From contig JAFGEP010000114.1 in NCBI GenBank assembly GCA_016931535.1, positions 26,412-90,411 of the forward strand: DNA of 64,000 bases. Reading direction: 5' to 3'. Origin of the DNA: Bradymonadales bacterium (GTDB lineage: Bacteria > Myxococcota_A > Bradymonadia > JAFGEP01). Of the stretch, positions 49,126-58,759 are shown one piece after another (the stretch's first letter is position 1; the number at the start of each line of letters is the position of its first letter). Made by a program: the position numbers and the translations under genes. A model generated the notes under the pieces. It searched no databases, was not told the DNA's origin, and was given only the letters and a program-made list of their open reading frames with translations.

Positions 49126-51057
49126 ATGATGCAGAAGAACCACAAAGATGAGTCAGCTTATTCTGCAGGCAATGAGCTAGAAAACTCGATCGCCTCTGCA
49201 ATGGGGTCTCCCGTGCAGCTTCGGCAGGACATGGTGGGGCTCACCCCGGGCGAGCAGAACGAGCGGCTGAAGCCGAGCCGTCCGGTGATGATGGTCCAGG
49301 CCTCGGGTGGAGCGGGAGAGGCGGACAGCCAGCAGATCAAGTCGGCGGCGGCCACGGGTCTCCAGCAGCCCTCCAGTCCAATGCCGCACCTGGAGGCGAT
49401 CCAGCAGAGCTTCGGTGGTCACGATATCGGCGGGGTGAAGGCGCATGTCGGCGGTCTGGCCGCTCAGGCCAGCACCTCGATGGGTGCCAGCGCCTACACG
49501 ACCGGCAACGACATCGGATTCAAGAGCGCGCCCGATCTGCACACGGCGGCTCACGAGGCGGCTCACGTGGTTCAGCAGAGAGCCGGCGTCAACCTGTCTG
49601 GTGGTGTCGGAAGGGTGGGTGACGCCTACGAGAAGCACGCGGACGCCGTGGCGGACCGGGTGGTCCAGGGCCGGTCCGCAGAGAGCCTGCTCAATACCCA
49701 TTCGGGGAGGTCAGCAAGCCAGAGCGGTGTCCAGCAAAGCTCGGTGCAGCGCGATCCGGATGACAAGGCTCCCCCCCAGCATTTCTTGAATGCCGATGGA
49801 AACATCATCTCCGACTGGGCGGCTGCGGTGTTTGCCACCGCCATTCGGTGGGAGCGGATCTGCAAGGCCCAGACCGACACCTGCAACACCTGGTACAACA
49901 TGGCCAAGGAAGAGGATCCTCCTCCGGCCTGGGTGGGCATTCTCAAGGCTGCGATCACCATTGGTGTCGGAGCCTTGACCGGAGGGATCGGGGCGGTTGT
50001 CGTGTCGGGGCTGGTCAACGCAACCACCAAGGTCGCCACCGAATTCATTATCAACGCTGCGGTGGAAGCGGGAAAGGGGATCGTGCAGAAGGCAGCGGAA
50101 GAAGGGGTCAACCTGGTCTCCCAGACCTGTGGGGGAGACGGGCTGTTGGCCTACGCTGCGGGTCAGCAGGAGACCATCAACAAGGTCGTCAACCAGGAGC
50201 AGCTCAAGACCTTGGCCACCATCAGCACCCTGGCCAAGCTCCCCGAAGACCAGAAATGGCAGGGGCTGAACGACCTGTACAAGGCGCTGGAGAAGAGCCG
50301 AGCAGATGCGGCCAAGCTGCAGATGGCGCAGTGCGTCGAGGGCTGGTTTTCCATGCTGGCCCAGAACAAGTATGGCAAGAATCTGACCATCGGCGGCGTC
50401 CGGGTGACCGACATTCCGGGGATTACCTATGGGGCGGCTTTGTTCATCGCCACGATCTACTCCAGTCAAGGCAGCCTCGATGGACTCTCCTCCTACTTCA
50501 CGGACATGCTGGACAAAGGGTTGGGGAAAAACTGGCGCAACATGGGGGTCGGCTATTCGGTCTCGACCGGCACCCTGGTTGATGAATGGGCGACCTCTTC
50601 GGTAGGGACGATCGGGTTTCATCTCAAAACCTCTTACGACCCCACCCAGAGTGTCACGGTCCAGTACTGCGAGATGGAGTCCAGCAAGGGCAACAACAAG
50701 GCGATCCGGACCTACTTTCTCAACAGCCCGAAGCCGGTCAAGGATTACAAGATGCCCAAGGTGGTGATCGCGGAGGAAATGTGGACCAGGCAGCATAGCT
50801 TTCTCGGCAACTTTTCTCTGGCCTGGGACGAGTCCAGCAAGGGGCTCAAGATAAATACGTATGGAGGCGGAGCGATCAAAGACGATTCGGATGACAACGC
50901 GGGCAGGTCCTGGATTGCCATGCATGGGAAGAACACCAAGTCCAAGATGTCCGCCTCGGAGGTTTCGGCCTATCTCTGGTCTGGAGTGGCACGGATCGAG
51001 AAGGACGTGCTGGGCAAATCCCTGAAGGGGTTGGGGGTCGGCTCCATCGACACCTAG
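49126..51057 (+). CDS. DUF4157 (eCIS core domain) protein with uncharacterised C-terminal effector-like region
   Basis: [74 protein letters not shown]; Gly/Ala-rich hydrophobic segment. Confidence 0.9.
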   Translation: MMQKNHKDESAYSAGNELENSIASAMGSPVQLRQDMVGLTPGEQNERLKPSRPVMMVQASGGAGEADSQQIKSAAATGLQQPSSPMPHLEAIQQSFGGHDIGGVKAHVGGLAAQASTSMGASAYTTGNDIGFKSAPDLHTAAHEAAHVVQQRAGVNLSGGVGRVGDAYEKHADAVADRVVQGRSAESLLNTHSGRSASQSGVQQSSVQRDPDDKAPPQHFLNADGNIISDWAAAVFATAIRWERICKAQTDTCNTWYNMAKEEDPPPAWVGILKAAITIGVGALTGGIGAVVVSGLVNATTKVATEFIINAAVEAGKGIVQKAAEEGVNLVSQTCGGDGLLAYAAGQQETINKVVNQEQLKTLATISTLAKLPEDQKWQGLNDLYKALEKSRADAAKLQMAQCVEGWFSMLAQNKYGKNLTIGGVRVTDIPGITYGAALFIATIYSSQGSLDGLSSYFTDMLDKGLGKNWRNMGVGYSVSTGTLVDEWATSSVGTIGFHLKTSYDPTQSVTVQYCEMESSKGNNKAIRTYFLNSPKPVKDYKMPKVVIAEEMWTRQHSFLGNFSLAWDESSKGLKINTYGGGAIKDDSDDNAGRSWIAMHGKNTKSKMSASEVSAYLWSGVARIEKDVLGKSLKGLGVGSIDT

Positions 51058-51098
51058 CGGTCTTTCGTGTATTCCCTTGACAGACGGAGGGTTACAAC

Positions 51099-51710
51099 AT
51101 GGGTGACCGTGCCCTTTGGGATACCTTGCTTCGTGAAGCCGAGAACCTGGATGCGGCCGGGGAACGGGTGCGGGCCATCGAGGTGGCCAGAGAGGCCATC
51201 GCGGCAGCGAAAGATGAGCTGCCTCCCACCGATCTCCGACTGGCTGAGGCCTATCATACGCTATCGAGCCTCCTGGTCGATCCCTCCGAGGTCGCGGACG
51301 CCCTGCAACAGGAGATCGAGATCCTGGCTGCCCAACGACCGGCGTCCGACCCCGCCATCGGTCGCATTCTCTCCGCCCTGAGTCGGGCGTTGTTAGCCGC
51401 TAAGCGCTTCGATGAGGCTGGTCCCGTCATGGAGCGCGCCATCGGGCGGATCAAGGCCACCGAAGGGCCGAACAGCGAGTCCTTGGGGCTGGAGCTCTTG
51501 GTGATGGGCGACTTTCTGCGGTACGGCGGACGGCTGGAGGACGCCGAGCTCCGCTATCGCCAGGCGCTATCGGTAACCGAACAGCTTCGGGGGGCTGATC
51601 ATCCGGATGTGGCCGACATCCTCGATCGACTGGTGGACATCTTGGCCGAACGCGGGCAAAGCGACGAGGCCCAACTCTTGTTGGATCGGATCCACCAGAT
51701 CCGCGGTTGA
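51099..51710 (+). CDS. Tetratricopeptide repeat protein
   Basis: GGAGG RBS; EDAE..YRQAL...EQ..G.DHPDVA..L..L kinesin-light-chain-like TPR units. Confidence 0.85.
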   Translation: MGDRALWDTLLREAENLDAAGERVRAIEVAREAIAAAKDELPPTDLRLAEAYHTLSSLLVDPSEVADALQQEIEILAAQRPASDPAIGRILSALSRALLAAKRFDEAGPVMERAIGRIKATEGPNSESLGLELLVMGDFLRYGGRLEDAELRYRQALSVTEQLRGADHPDVADILDRLVDILAERGQSDEAQLLLDRIHQIRG

Positions 51711-51959
51711 CCCAACCGCCGTTTTTCGGTCCCTCTCCTTCATCGGTCCATACTAAGGAGTGCTCATGCTTCGCTGCCGGGCAGGTGTCGGAGCTTGTAG
51801 CACCGGGGTTTTCAATCGATCTGCCCCATGGCAGATCGGGCGAGGGCTCCAGCCGGTTCACATCGGGAACCGGTAGTCCGAGGGGTGCCAGGCGAATTCG
51901 AATCCATCCAGGGAACAAGTCGGAAACCGGCTCTCCGGCGCGTTGTAGCCCGATGCGAC

Positions 51960-54900
51960 TCAATCCAGGTAAGCGGACAGCAGATCGTGCCAGGGGGGAG
52001 AGGCACCGTCGGGATGCAGGTTGATTCTGCCTTTCAGCGTGCCGACCAACCGTCTATCGGACGGTTTGTGAGGGCTGCAGCGCCTCGCCGATTCTCGTGC
52101 CCTTTCCAAATGGTCGAGTGAGAGGGCGATGTGGCCTGTGGTGCAATGGCCGGCCACCAGGTAGAAAGGACTGTTAACCAGGTTTTCCGCCACGTTCAGG
52201 GCATCGGTCCATCGGCCGACGCCGAACTCGGAACGGCATGCAAGCCACCATCCTTGAGGCCAGGAGGGCTCCAAGGCGCAGATCTCTTCTGCGCAGGTCC
52301 GCACAAGCCCCCAGAGCCCCTCGCCTGCCAGGGCGGCGCCGGTCAAGAACAGCAGGACCGGATGGTGGCCGAAGGCTTTCATGGCTTCGTTACCCTGACG
52401 AATGGCCTCGCCGTACTGGTGAGAAGCCACCAGCGCCTTCAACGATTCCTCGGTGCCGGCTTGCGGATTCGCCTCCCGTGCCAGCATGTGGGCCGTCTCG
52501 ATCGCTCTGTCATACTGCCCCAGGCCACGGAAGGCTTGGCACAGTCGTCGGCGAAAGGGCAGGCTGCCAACTTCGGCCGGTAGGGCCGATCGCTCGACAA
52601 AGGCGACCAGCTCGGCCCAGGACTCGGCCTCGGCACAGGTGGTGAGATAGAGCTCGCGAGGTCGCAATCCCTCCATGGAGTGCAGCTGGTATTGCCGGGC
52701 CGCCTGGTGGGCTTTGAGGGGCTGACCCAGATCGAGCAGGGCCAGGACGCTGGCGATCTGCTCGGCGGGTTGCTCACCGGCCAGCTCGTTCAGCAGCGCT
52801 TCCAGTTGCCCGGCGGCCGCGTATGCTCCCCGTAGAGCCCAGCCCAGTATAGGGTCGGAGGGGGTCAGTTCGACCGCTTTTTCGACGGAGGCGATGGCGG
52901 TTCCGTGGTCTTTGGTCCGGCTGGCGGCGTCGGCGAGCAGCAGAAGGTCATCCACCTGGGGCTCGCCGGGTCCCAGACCCTCCTGGGCGAGTCGCAGGGC
53001 CTGGTCGTTCCGATCCTGGCGGATCAGCAGGTGGTAGAGTAGCTGGCGCCACCAGCGATCCCCAGGGAAAAGCCTCAGCATCTCCTGGGCGAGTCGTTCG
53101 ACGGGAGGGAGGGACAGCGCATCCGCCTTCAATGCGAGCTTTCTCAGGGGTTCTCGCAGGGCGAGGGGAGGTTCGTCGAGCGGGCGGATCATCTCTGCAA
53201 GGTCTGACAGCTGGGTTTCCGACAACACGTCGAGGGCGGTGAGCGCTTCGACCGCCTCTTCGAGGGAATCCGCGGCCTTGGCGGCCCGGAAGAGCAGGCG
53301 AGCCTGTGGGGGCGAGCTGGACAACCCAAAGGCTGTCCGGGCCGCCTCGATCGCCTCCTGTGGCCTGGCGGAGTGCAGCAAGGAGCGGGCCAAAGCGTTG
53401 GTGCAGGACACCGTCTCCGGATGGGCCTGTACCGCCGCCTTGGCGGCCTCCACGGCTTTTTGCACGTCGTTGCTGGCGAGGAGGGCCAAGGCGCGGATCG
53501 CAACCAGATCGGGGCGGGCTTGCAGTTCGGGTGGAAGATGGCCCAGGGCATCGAAAACGACCTCCGGTTTCCCGGTCATCACGCCAACCTGTGCCCGGGC
53601 CACCCAGGCTTGCGGCGAGGCGGCCGGCGTGGCGACCAGGGACTGGCTTCGTTGCAGTGCCAGTGCGGCTCGGCCAAACTCCAAGATGGCCATCCAGTGT
53701 GCCGTTGGAGGGGAGGCGATCTCCTCTGCGGTGAGGGACAACAGCTCTCGCGCCACCTGGAACCCTCCCAGCGAGAAGGTTCGAGCCGCCTCGGCCAGGG
53801 CGCTGTCGAGATCACCAAGCTCGAAGAGGGCACCGGTCAAGGCGGCTCCAGCCCGCGTGCCGATGTCTGCTCCTGCCTGCCGGACGATTTGGACGGCCTC
53901 GATGGCGAGGTGGAGCAAGGTGGCAGAAAGCATCGAGGCGTCCTGTGGTTGTAGACAAGCCAACAGAAAGCTGTCGATGGCGATCGACTCCAGGTCCTCT
54001 ATAATCGGTTCCTTCCAGTTACGGGCCAAGAGCCGGTCGATCCGCTCCTTCAGGAGGGTCACACCGAGGCTGGGCGACCGATCGATCAGCTCGAGGCAGT
54101 CGGCGTGGGAGAACGGTGGCGGCAGCAGGTGGAGCTTGCAGCGGGTGAGCTCCAGGAGGCATTCCGGACTGTTCGGGAAGGTGGCCACCGCCTCTTCTGC
54201 CACCGATAGCGCTTCGTCGTAACGCTGCTGGAGACGGAGCGTACGAACCAGGAGCTGGCGGGCTTCCCAGCGATCCGGCTCTTTCGCTGTGATCCCACGC
54301 AGGATCTCCTCGGCCGATGCGAGACGTTCGAGGTCGATCAATAGGCGGGCTCGAGTCAGTAGAACAGCGGTCGAGCGTCCTTTTTCCAGCAGCTCCAGTA
54401 TTTGTGCGGCTGCCGGGAGCTCGCCTCTGTCGAGCAACTGTGTCGCCAGCAAAACCGCCTGATCCACGGAGTCTTGCTGTGACAGGGCCACCGAGTAGAT
54501 GCTTCGCACCCCCATGGATCCGAGAGGGAGCACGTCACCGGTTGGTGGCTGTTTTGGCGGCAGCGGAGCACCTTGCAGCGCTTCGGCAACGGCCGCGGAG
54601 GAGGCGAAGCGGTCATCGGGATGCCTCTGCAGCAGTCGATCCACCACATCGACAAGTTTCTTGGGAGCCTGGGGACAAAAAGTGGCCAGCGACGGTGCCG
54701 GCTGTAGCACATGCTGACCGGAAGGGTGCGCCTCGGGAAATGGCAGGCGACCCGCCGCCAAACGAAACAGGATGACCCCCAGGGAGTACAGGTCGGCGCG
54801 CGGATCCACCAGGCGATCGACATGATTGGCCAGGGCGATGGTTTCCGGCGCTTTGAAATGGGAGGTGCCGATCGGCCCGATCGAGCGCTGTTCATGCAGG

Positions 54901-55406
54901 CTGGCCAGCTCCCAGTCGATGATGGCGGTCGACAGTTGCCCCTGGGAAGAGCGGTGCAGGATGATATTTCCAGGGGCAAGATCCCGATGGATGACTCCGC
55001 GCTCGTGTGCCTCGGCCAAGATCCGGCTCGCCAGGATGCCGATCTCGGACACCACGGCAAAGCGGTCGACCTCATCGACAGGGAAGAAAGTGGCGGAGAC
55101 CCCTTCCAGCCACTGCATGGCGACGTATGGCCTGCCCTCGTCGACCCCGTACTCCACCAGGCGGGGCGTGCCTTGGCCGTCCAGGCGTTCCAGGACTCTG
55201 GCCTCGTGAGCGCGCAGGCATCCCACGGCCCCAGCGCCCCAGAGAATCGGCGCCAGCTCTTCCAGCTTGATCTTTCCCAGGGCGCGGGACATGGGGGTCA
55301 GCTTCAGGGAGACCATCTGCCCCGAGGGCTCGTGAATCGCGCGGTAGACGTGGCACCCCGGTTTCAGGCGGACGGTTTCTTCGATCTGGAAGGAGGCGAT
55401 CTTCAT
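51960..55406 (-). CDS. Atypical Ser/Thr protein kinase with extensive C-terminal TPR region
   Basis: VSLK, IHRDLAPGNI, IIDWEL, GT..FKAPE, ADLYSLGV, GRLPF, P.DRF; start uncertain (55406-55475). Confidence 0.85.
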   Translation of the reverse strand: MKIASFQIEETVRLKPGCHVYRAIHEPSGQMVSLKLTPMSRALGKIKLEELAPILWGAGAVGCLRAHEARVLERLDGQGTPRLVEYGVDEGRPYVAMQWLEGVSATFFPVDEVDRFAVVSEIGILASRILAEAHERGVIHRDLAPGNIILHRSSQGQLSTAIIDWELASLHEQRSIGPIGTSHFKAPETIALANHVDRLVDPRADLYSLGVILFRLAAGRLPFPEAHPSGQHVLQPAPSLATFCPQAPKKLVDVVDRLLQRHPDDRFASSAAVAEALQGAPLPPKQPPTGDVLPLGSMGVRSIYSVALSQQDSVDQAVLLATQLLDRGELPAAAQILELLEKGRSTAVLLTRARLLIDLERLASAEEILRGITAKEPDRWEARQLLVRTLRLQQRYDEALSVAEEAVATFPNSPECLLELTRCKLHLLPPPFSHADCLELIDRSPSLGVTLLKERIDRLLARNWKEPIIEDLESIAIDSFLLACLQPQDASMLSATLLHLAIEAVQIVRQAGADIGTRAGAALTGALFELGDLDSALAEAARTFSLGGFQVARELLSLTAEEIASPPTAHWMAILEFGRAALALQRSQSLVATPAASPQAWVARAQVGVMTGKPEVVFDALGHLPPELQARPDLVAIRALALLASNDVQKAVEAAKAAVQAHPETVSCTNALARSLLHSARPQEAIEAARTAFGLSSSPPQARLLFRAAKAADSLEEAVEALTALDVLSETQLSDLAEMIRPLDEPPLALREPLRKLALKADALSLPPVERLAQEMLRLFPGDRWWRQLLYHLLIRQDRNDQALRLAQEGLGPGEPQVDDLLLLADAASRTKDHGTAIASVEKAVELTPSDPILGWALRGAYAAAGQLEALLNELAGEQPAEQIASVLALLDLGQPLKAHQAARQYQLHSMEGLRPRELYLTTCAEAESWAELVAFVERSALPAEVGSLPFRRRLCQAFRGLGQYDRAIETAHMLAREANPQAGTEESLKALVASHQYGEAIRQGNEAMKAFGHHPVLLFLTGAALAGEGLWGLVRTCAEEICALEPSWPQGWWLACRSEFGVGRWTDALNVAENLVNSPFYLVAGHCTTGHIALSLDHLERARESARRCSPHKPSDRRLVGTLKGRINLHPDGASPPWHDLLSAYLD

Positions 55407-55717
55407 GAGTCCATTACAGGTCCTTGGCAAGCCCTCGTGCCTGGTGATCATCCACGAATCACCGGTCGAGTTCAAGGTCTACAAGGCAAGCGGGTTTTCA
55501 AGACCGTTCAACGTCGGAAGGGTTGAAGCTTTCGGTGTAGGGGCGGTTGGGGCGGCTGTCGCCTGTTGTCTCCGTAGGAAAAGACTGGAACAATGAGCAA
55601 GCCCGGTCAGGCGGAGCCCGACGAGCCCGCAAGGTCGCCTCGCCGGATCGGCCGGCTGATGGCCTGTGTCACCCTCAACCGGTTTTGGGGGTTACCCTGT
55701 CGAATGGAGTGATGCTG

Positions 55718-58540
55718 ATGCAGTTCCGCCCGTTACTGGTGACCGCTCTGGTCATGGGGGTTATCTGGTTCGGTTGCCCGGACGAATCCGCCGAGGAAGC
55801 GGACGGCTTAAGGGGGGACCTCGACCTCGCTGAGCTGCAGCCGGAAGACGCCGAGATCGATCCGGCGGAAGAGGCGGGGCTGGACGGCGAGGATCCTCTC
55901 GATCTCCCGATCGACCAGGGGTCGGACGCTACCGACCTTGCACCGGAGGGAGGTGACCTGGCCGTGGATCTCTTCCCCTGGGACTGGGATCCCGATTCGG
56001 CGCCGGAGTGGCCGACCATCGAGCCGGGCACCCTGGAGGCGGGGGCCGCCTCGGGGACGCTGGACCTGCCGGTCGGCGTGCCGCTGGCCTGCTATACGGG
56101 TCGAGCGCGTTTCGGAGGGGGGCGGGTGGAGGATGGGCGATCCGCACCCTACGCGGTCAGCTTCATCCCCAGTACGGGGGTTCAGACGCGCATCCCGATG
56201 CATGTCGTCTGGTTGGAGGCGGCGGGGCAGCATGCGGTGCTGGTCAAGATCGACCTGGGGTACGCCTTCGACGGTCTGACGCGGGCACTGGAGGCCGCGG
56301 TGGCGGAGGAAACGGGGGTCGATGTCTCCCACCGGCTGTTTCTGACCACAAGCCACAGCCACTCCTCCTACGGCGACTTCAGTCAGGCCCACATGCTGTT
56401 TTTGGGCCATGACCGTTACAACCGGGAGATCCTGGAGCGGATCGCCGAGCAGGGGGGACGGCTGGCGGCAACCGCCTACCAGGCCATGGAACCGGCAGCC
56501 ATCGGGGTGGGGATCGACCCGGCGTACGACCCGGATCACCGGATCTTTCGCAGCCGACGAGGCGAGCATCATGGCCTGGTGGACGACTTCGGCGTGGTGG
56601 TCGGCCCCGGGTACAAGGACCCCAACCTCTACCTGCTCCGGATCGACGCCAGCCAGGGAACGGCCGATCCGGACGATGACGAGCCGCTGGCCATCCTGTT
56701 CGGGTTCGGCATCCACGGCACCATCATGAGCATCGACAACCCCCTGCTCTCCAGCGAATCCAGCGGTGCCATCGAGCTGAAGCTGGAGAATCTCTTCGAC
56801 CGGCCGGTCTCGGCGGTCCACCTGCAAACCAGCGTGGGCGACATGTCACCCGCCGGGGTCCAGGACCGGTTCGCCCGGATGGAGTCGGTAGGGGAGCTAG
56901 CCGCGCCCCGCATCCACGCGTTGTGGGAAGCGACCCGGACGAGCAGCGATCCGTTGCGGCTGGAGGCGCTGGTCCGGACCGTCCCGATGGGGCGGGACAT
57001 CCGGGTTTCTCGGAGCGGCGCGGTCGACCTCTACTACCTGCCGTATGATCCGGAGTACCGGCCCGACCTGGTGGTCTTCGGGGAGGACGGCCTGTCGCTC
57101 AACCCATACGACGAGTTCATCGCCCAGCATGGGGCGGCCATGTGCGGCGATCCGGAGCTGGTGATCCCGGTGGCCAACATGGGGGTCGATGTCAGGCCCT
57201 ACTCCTCCTGTGCGCTGATCGAGCGGGTCGTCTCCCTGTTTCCCATATTGTTCGAGACCGACCAGTATTACCCCATGGAGCATCCGCTGTGGGAGATCCG
57301 CTCCACCATGATCGGGGCGCTGGGGCTGACCTCGATCCCGGTGACGGTCCTGGGAGAGGATGCGCACAGCGAGCCGGTGGCGATCGGTTTTTTCCCTGGG
57401 GAGGTGTGTACCCTGCTGGGCCGTTCCTTCCAGGCGCGCATGGAGGAGGAGCTGGGCATCCACACTTCGATTGCCGTGGGGGTGTCGCTGGACCACGAGG
57501 GGTATCTTCTGACGGTGGAAGACTGGATGCGGGGTGGCTACGAGCCGGCGATCAACGCCTGGGGGCCGCTGCAGGGCGAGTACATCCTGGACCGCTTGCT
57601 GGAGCTGGCCGAGCTGCTGCAGACCGAGCAGGCGGAGCATCCGGCCTTCCCGGACTATCGGCACCAGGAGTACCCCGACTGGCCGCTGGAGCCGGTGGTG
57701 CCCGATGTCTCGACCGGTTGCGGCACCGTTCCCGAGGCGCTGCCGGCCTACCTCTGGACGCGGGACGACTGGCGGCCCGGGGGGGTGCAGCCCGCTCCGG
57801 CGGTTCGCCGGGTCTCGGACATCGCGCACTTTGTGTGGCTGGGGGGTGATCCGGCGGTCGACCTGCCGGTGGTCACCCTGCAGCGGGAGTCGGCTCCCGG
57901 CAGCGACGAGTTTGTCGATGTACTGCTGCCCAACGGGGAACCGCTGACCGACCGGGGTTACGACATGATCCTGAGCTATACCCCCGATCCGCTGATGGCG
58001 GGCGAGGAGGGGGCGAGCCGGCATCACTACTGGATGGTGGAGTGGCAAGCGGTGACCGACCGCCCCTCGCTGGACCACATGGCGGGCTTGGCCGAGGGTC
58101 GATACCGCCTGGTGGCCCGCGGGCTGTGCCCCGATCCCGAGGATGACGAGTACCCCTTCGATGGGCTGGGGTACCAGGTGGCCAGCGCACCTTTCGAGGT
58201 GACGGGGGAAGATGGGCTGGAGGTGTCCATCGCCAGCCAGGACGGCAACCTGTTGACGCTGGGTGTGTCCTATCGGGCCAGCTCCCGCGGCTTTCGCTTG
58301 CTGCACATGGCCAGCGATTTTCGGACGCCGACCCCCCTGGTGGGGGGCGAATCGGAGCCCACGGCGACCGTCGAGCTGCTGGCCGCCGACGGTCTGGGTG
58401 AACCGTTGCAGACCTGGCTTGATGTGCCGGCCGTCCGGAGCGGGGATGCCAGCCATCTCCAGGTCGACCTGGGAGAGGATGCTCCGGAGAGCTATCGCCT
58501 GAGGGTCACCGATGTGTTCGGGAACCGGGGGATGTACTGA
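55718..58540 (+). CDS. Neutral/alkaline ceramidase-like lipoprotein
   Basis: Signal ending WFGC, acidic linker, G.PLA.Y, TSHSHSS (cf. THTHS), FGIHGT, GDMSP, PGEV, GYLLT..DW..GGYE. Confidence 0.7.
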   Translation: MQFRPLLVTALVMGVIWFGCPDESAEEADGLRGDLDLAELQPEDAEIDPAEEAGLDGEDPLDLPIDQGSDATDLAPEGGDLAVDLFPWDWDPDSAPEWPTIEPGTLEAGAASGTLDLPVGVPLACYTGRARFGGGRVEDGRSAPYAVSFIPSTGVQTRIPMHVVWLEAAGQHAVLVKIDLGYAFDGLTRALEAAVAEETGVDVSHRLFLTTSHSHSSYGDFSQAHMLFLGHDRYNREILERIAEQGGRLAATAYQAMEPAAIGVGIDPAYDPDHRIFRSRRGEHHGLVDDFGVVVGPGYKDPNLYLLRIDASQGTADPDDDEPLAILFGFGIHGTIMSIDNPLLSSESSGAIELKLENLFDRPVSAVHLQTSVGDMSPAGVQDRFARMESVGELAAPRIHALWEATRTSSDPLRLEALVRTVPMGRDIRVSRSGAVDLYYLPYDPEYRPDLVVFGEDGLSLNPYDEFIAQHGAAMCGDPELVIPVANMGVDVRPYSSCALIERVVSLFPILFETDQYYPMEHPLWEIRSTMIGALGLTSIPVTVLGEDAHSEPVAIGFFPGEVCTLLGRSFQARMEEELGIHTSIAVGVSLDHEGYLLTVEDWMRGGYEPAINAWGPLQGEYILDRLLELAELLQTEQAEHPAFPDYRHQEYPDWPLEPVVPDVSTGCGTVPEALPAYLWTRDDWRPGGVQPAPAVRRVSDIAHFVWLGGDPAVDLPVVTLQRESAPGSDEFVDVLLPNGEPLTDRGYDMILSYTPDPLMAGEEGASRHHYWMVEWQAVTDRPSLDHMAGLAEGRYRLVARGLCPDPEDDEYPFDGLGYQVASAPFEVTGEDGLEVSIASQDGNLLTLGVSYRASSRGFRLLHMASDFRTPTPLVGGESEPTATVELLAADGLGEPLQTWLDVPAVRSGDASHLQVDLGEDAPESYRLRVTDVFGNRGMY

Positions 58541-58759
58541 CGGGCTTCAGGCCACTTCGAGTGCCTTGTACACCTGGCCGTGCTGCTGAAGCTAGGCGAC
58601 ATCCTCTTGCTCGGTTCTTAGGGCTTGAGCAGCTCTCCCATGGTCTTGTTCTCTTTCCAGGTAGGTGTTCCTTTCGGGTGGCTCATGTTCACTGTGCCTG
58701 GAGCGCCTATTGCACTGGGCCATCTTTTCCGGGAAGCCAGTATCTATTTGTGTGCCCGA

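Noticed and set aside
58592..58723. Small minus-strand ORFs (43 aa and 22 aa) downstream of the GTPase gene
   Set aside because: No motif and no convincing RBS; insufficient evidence
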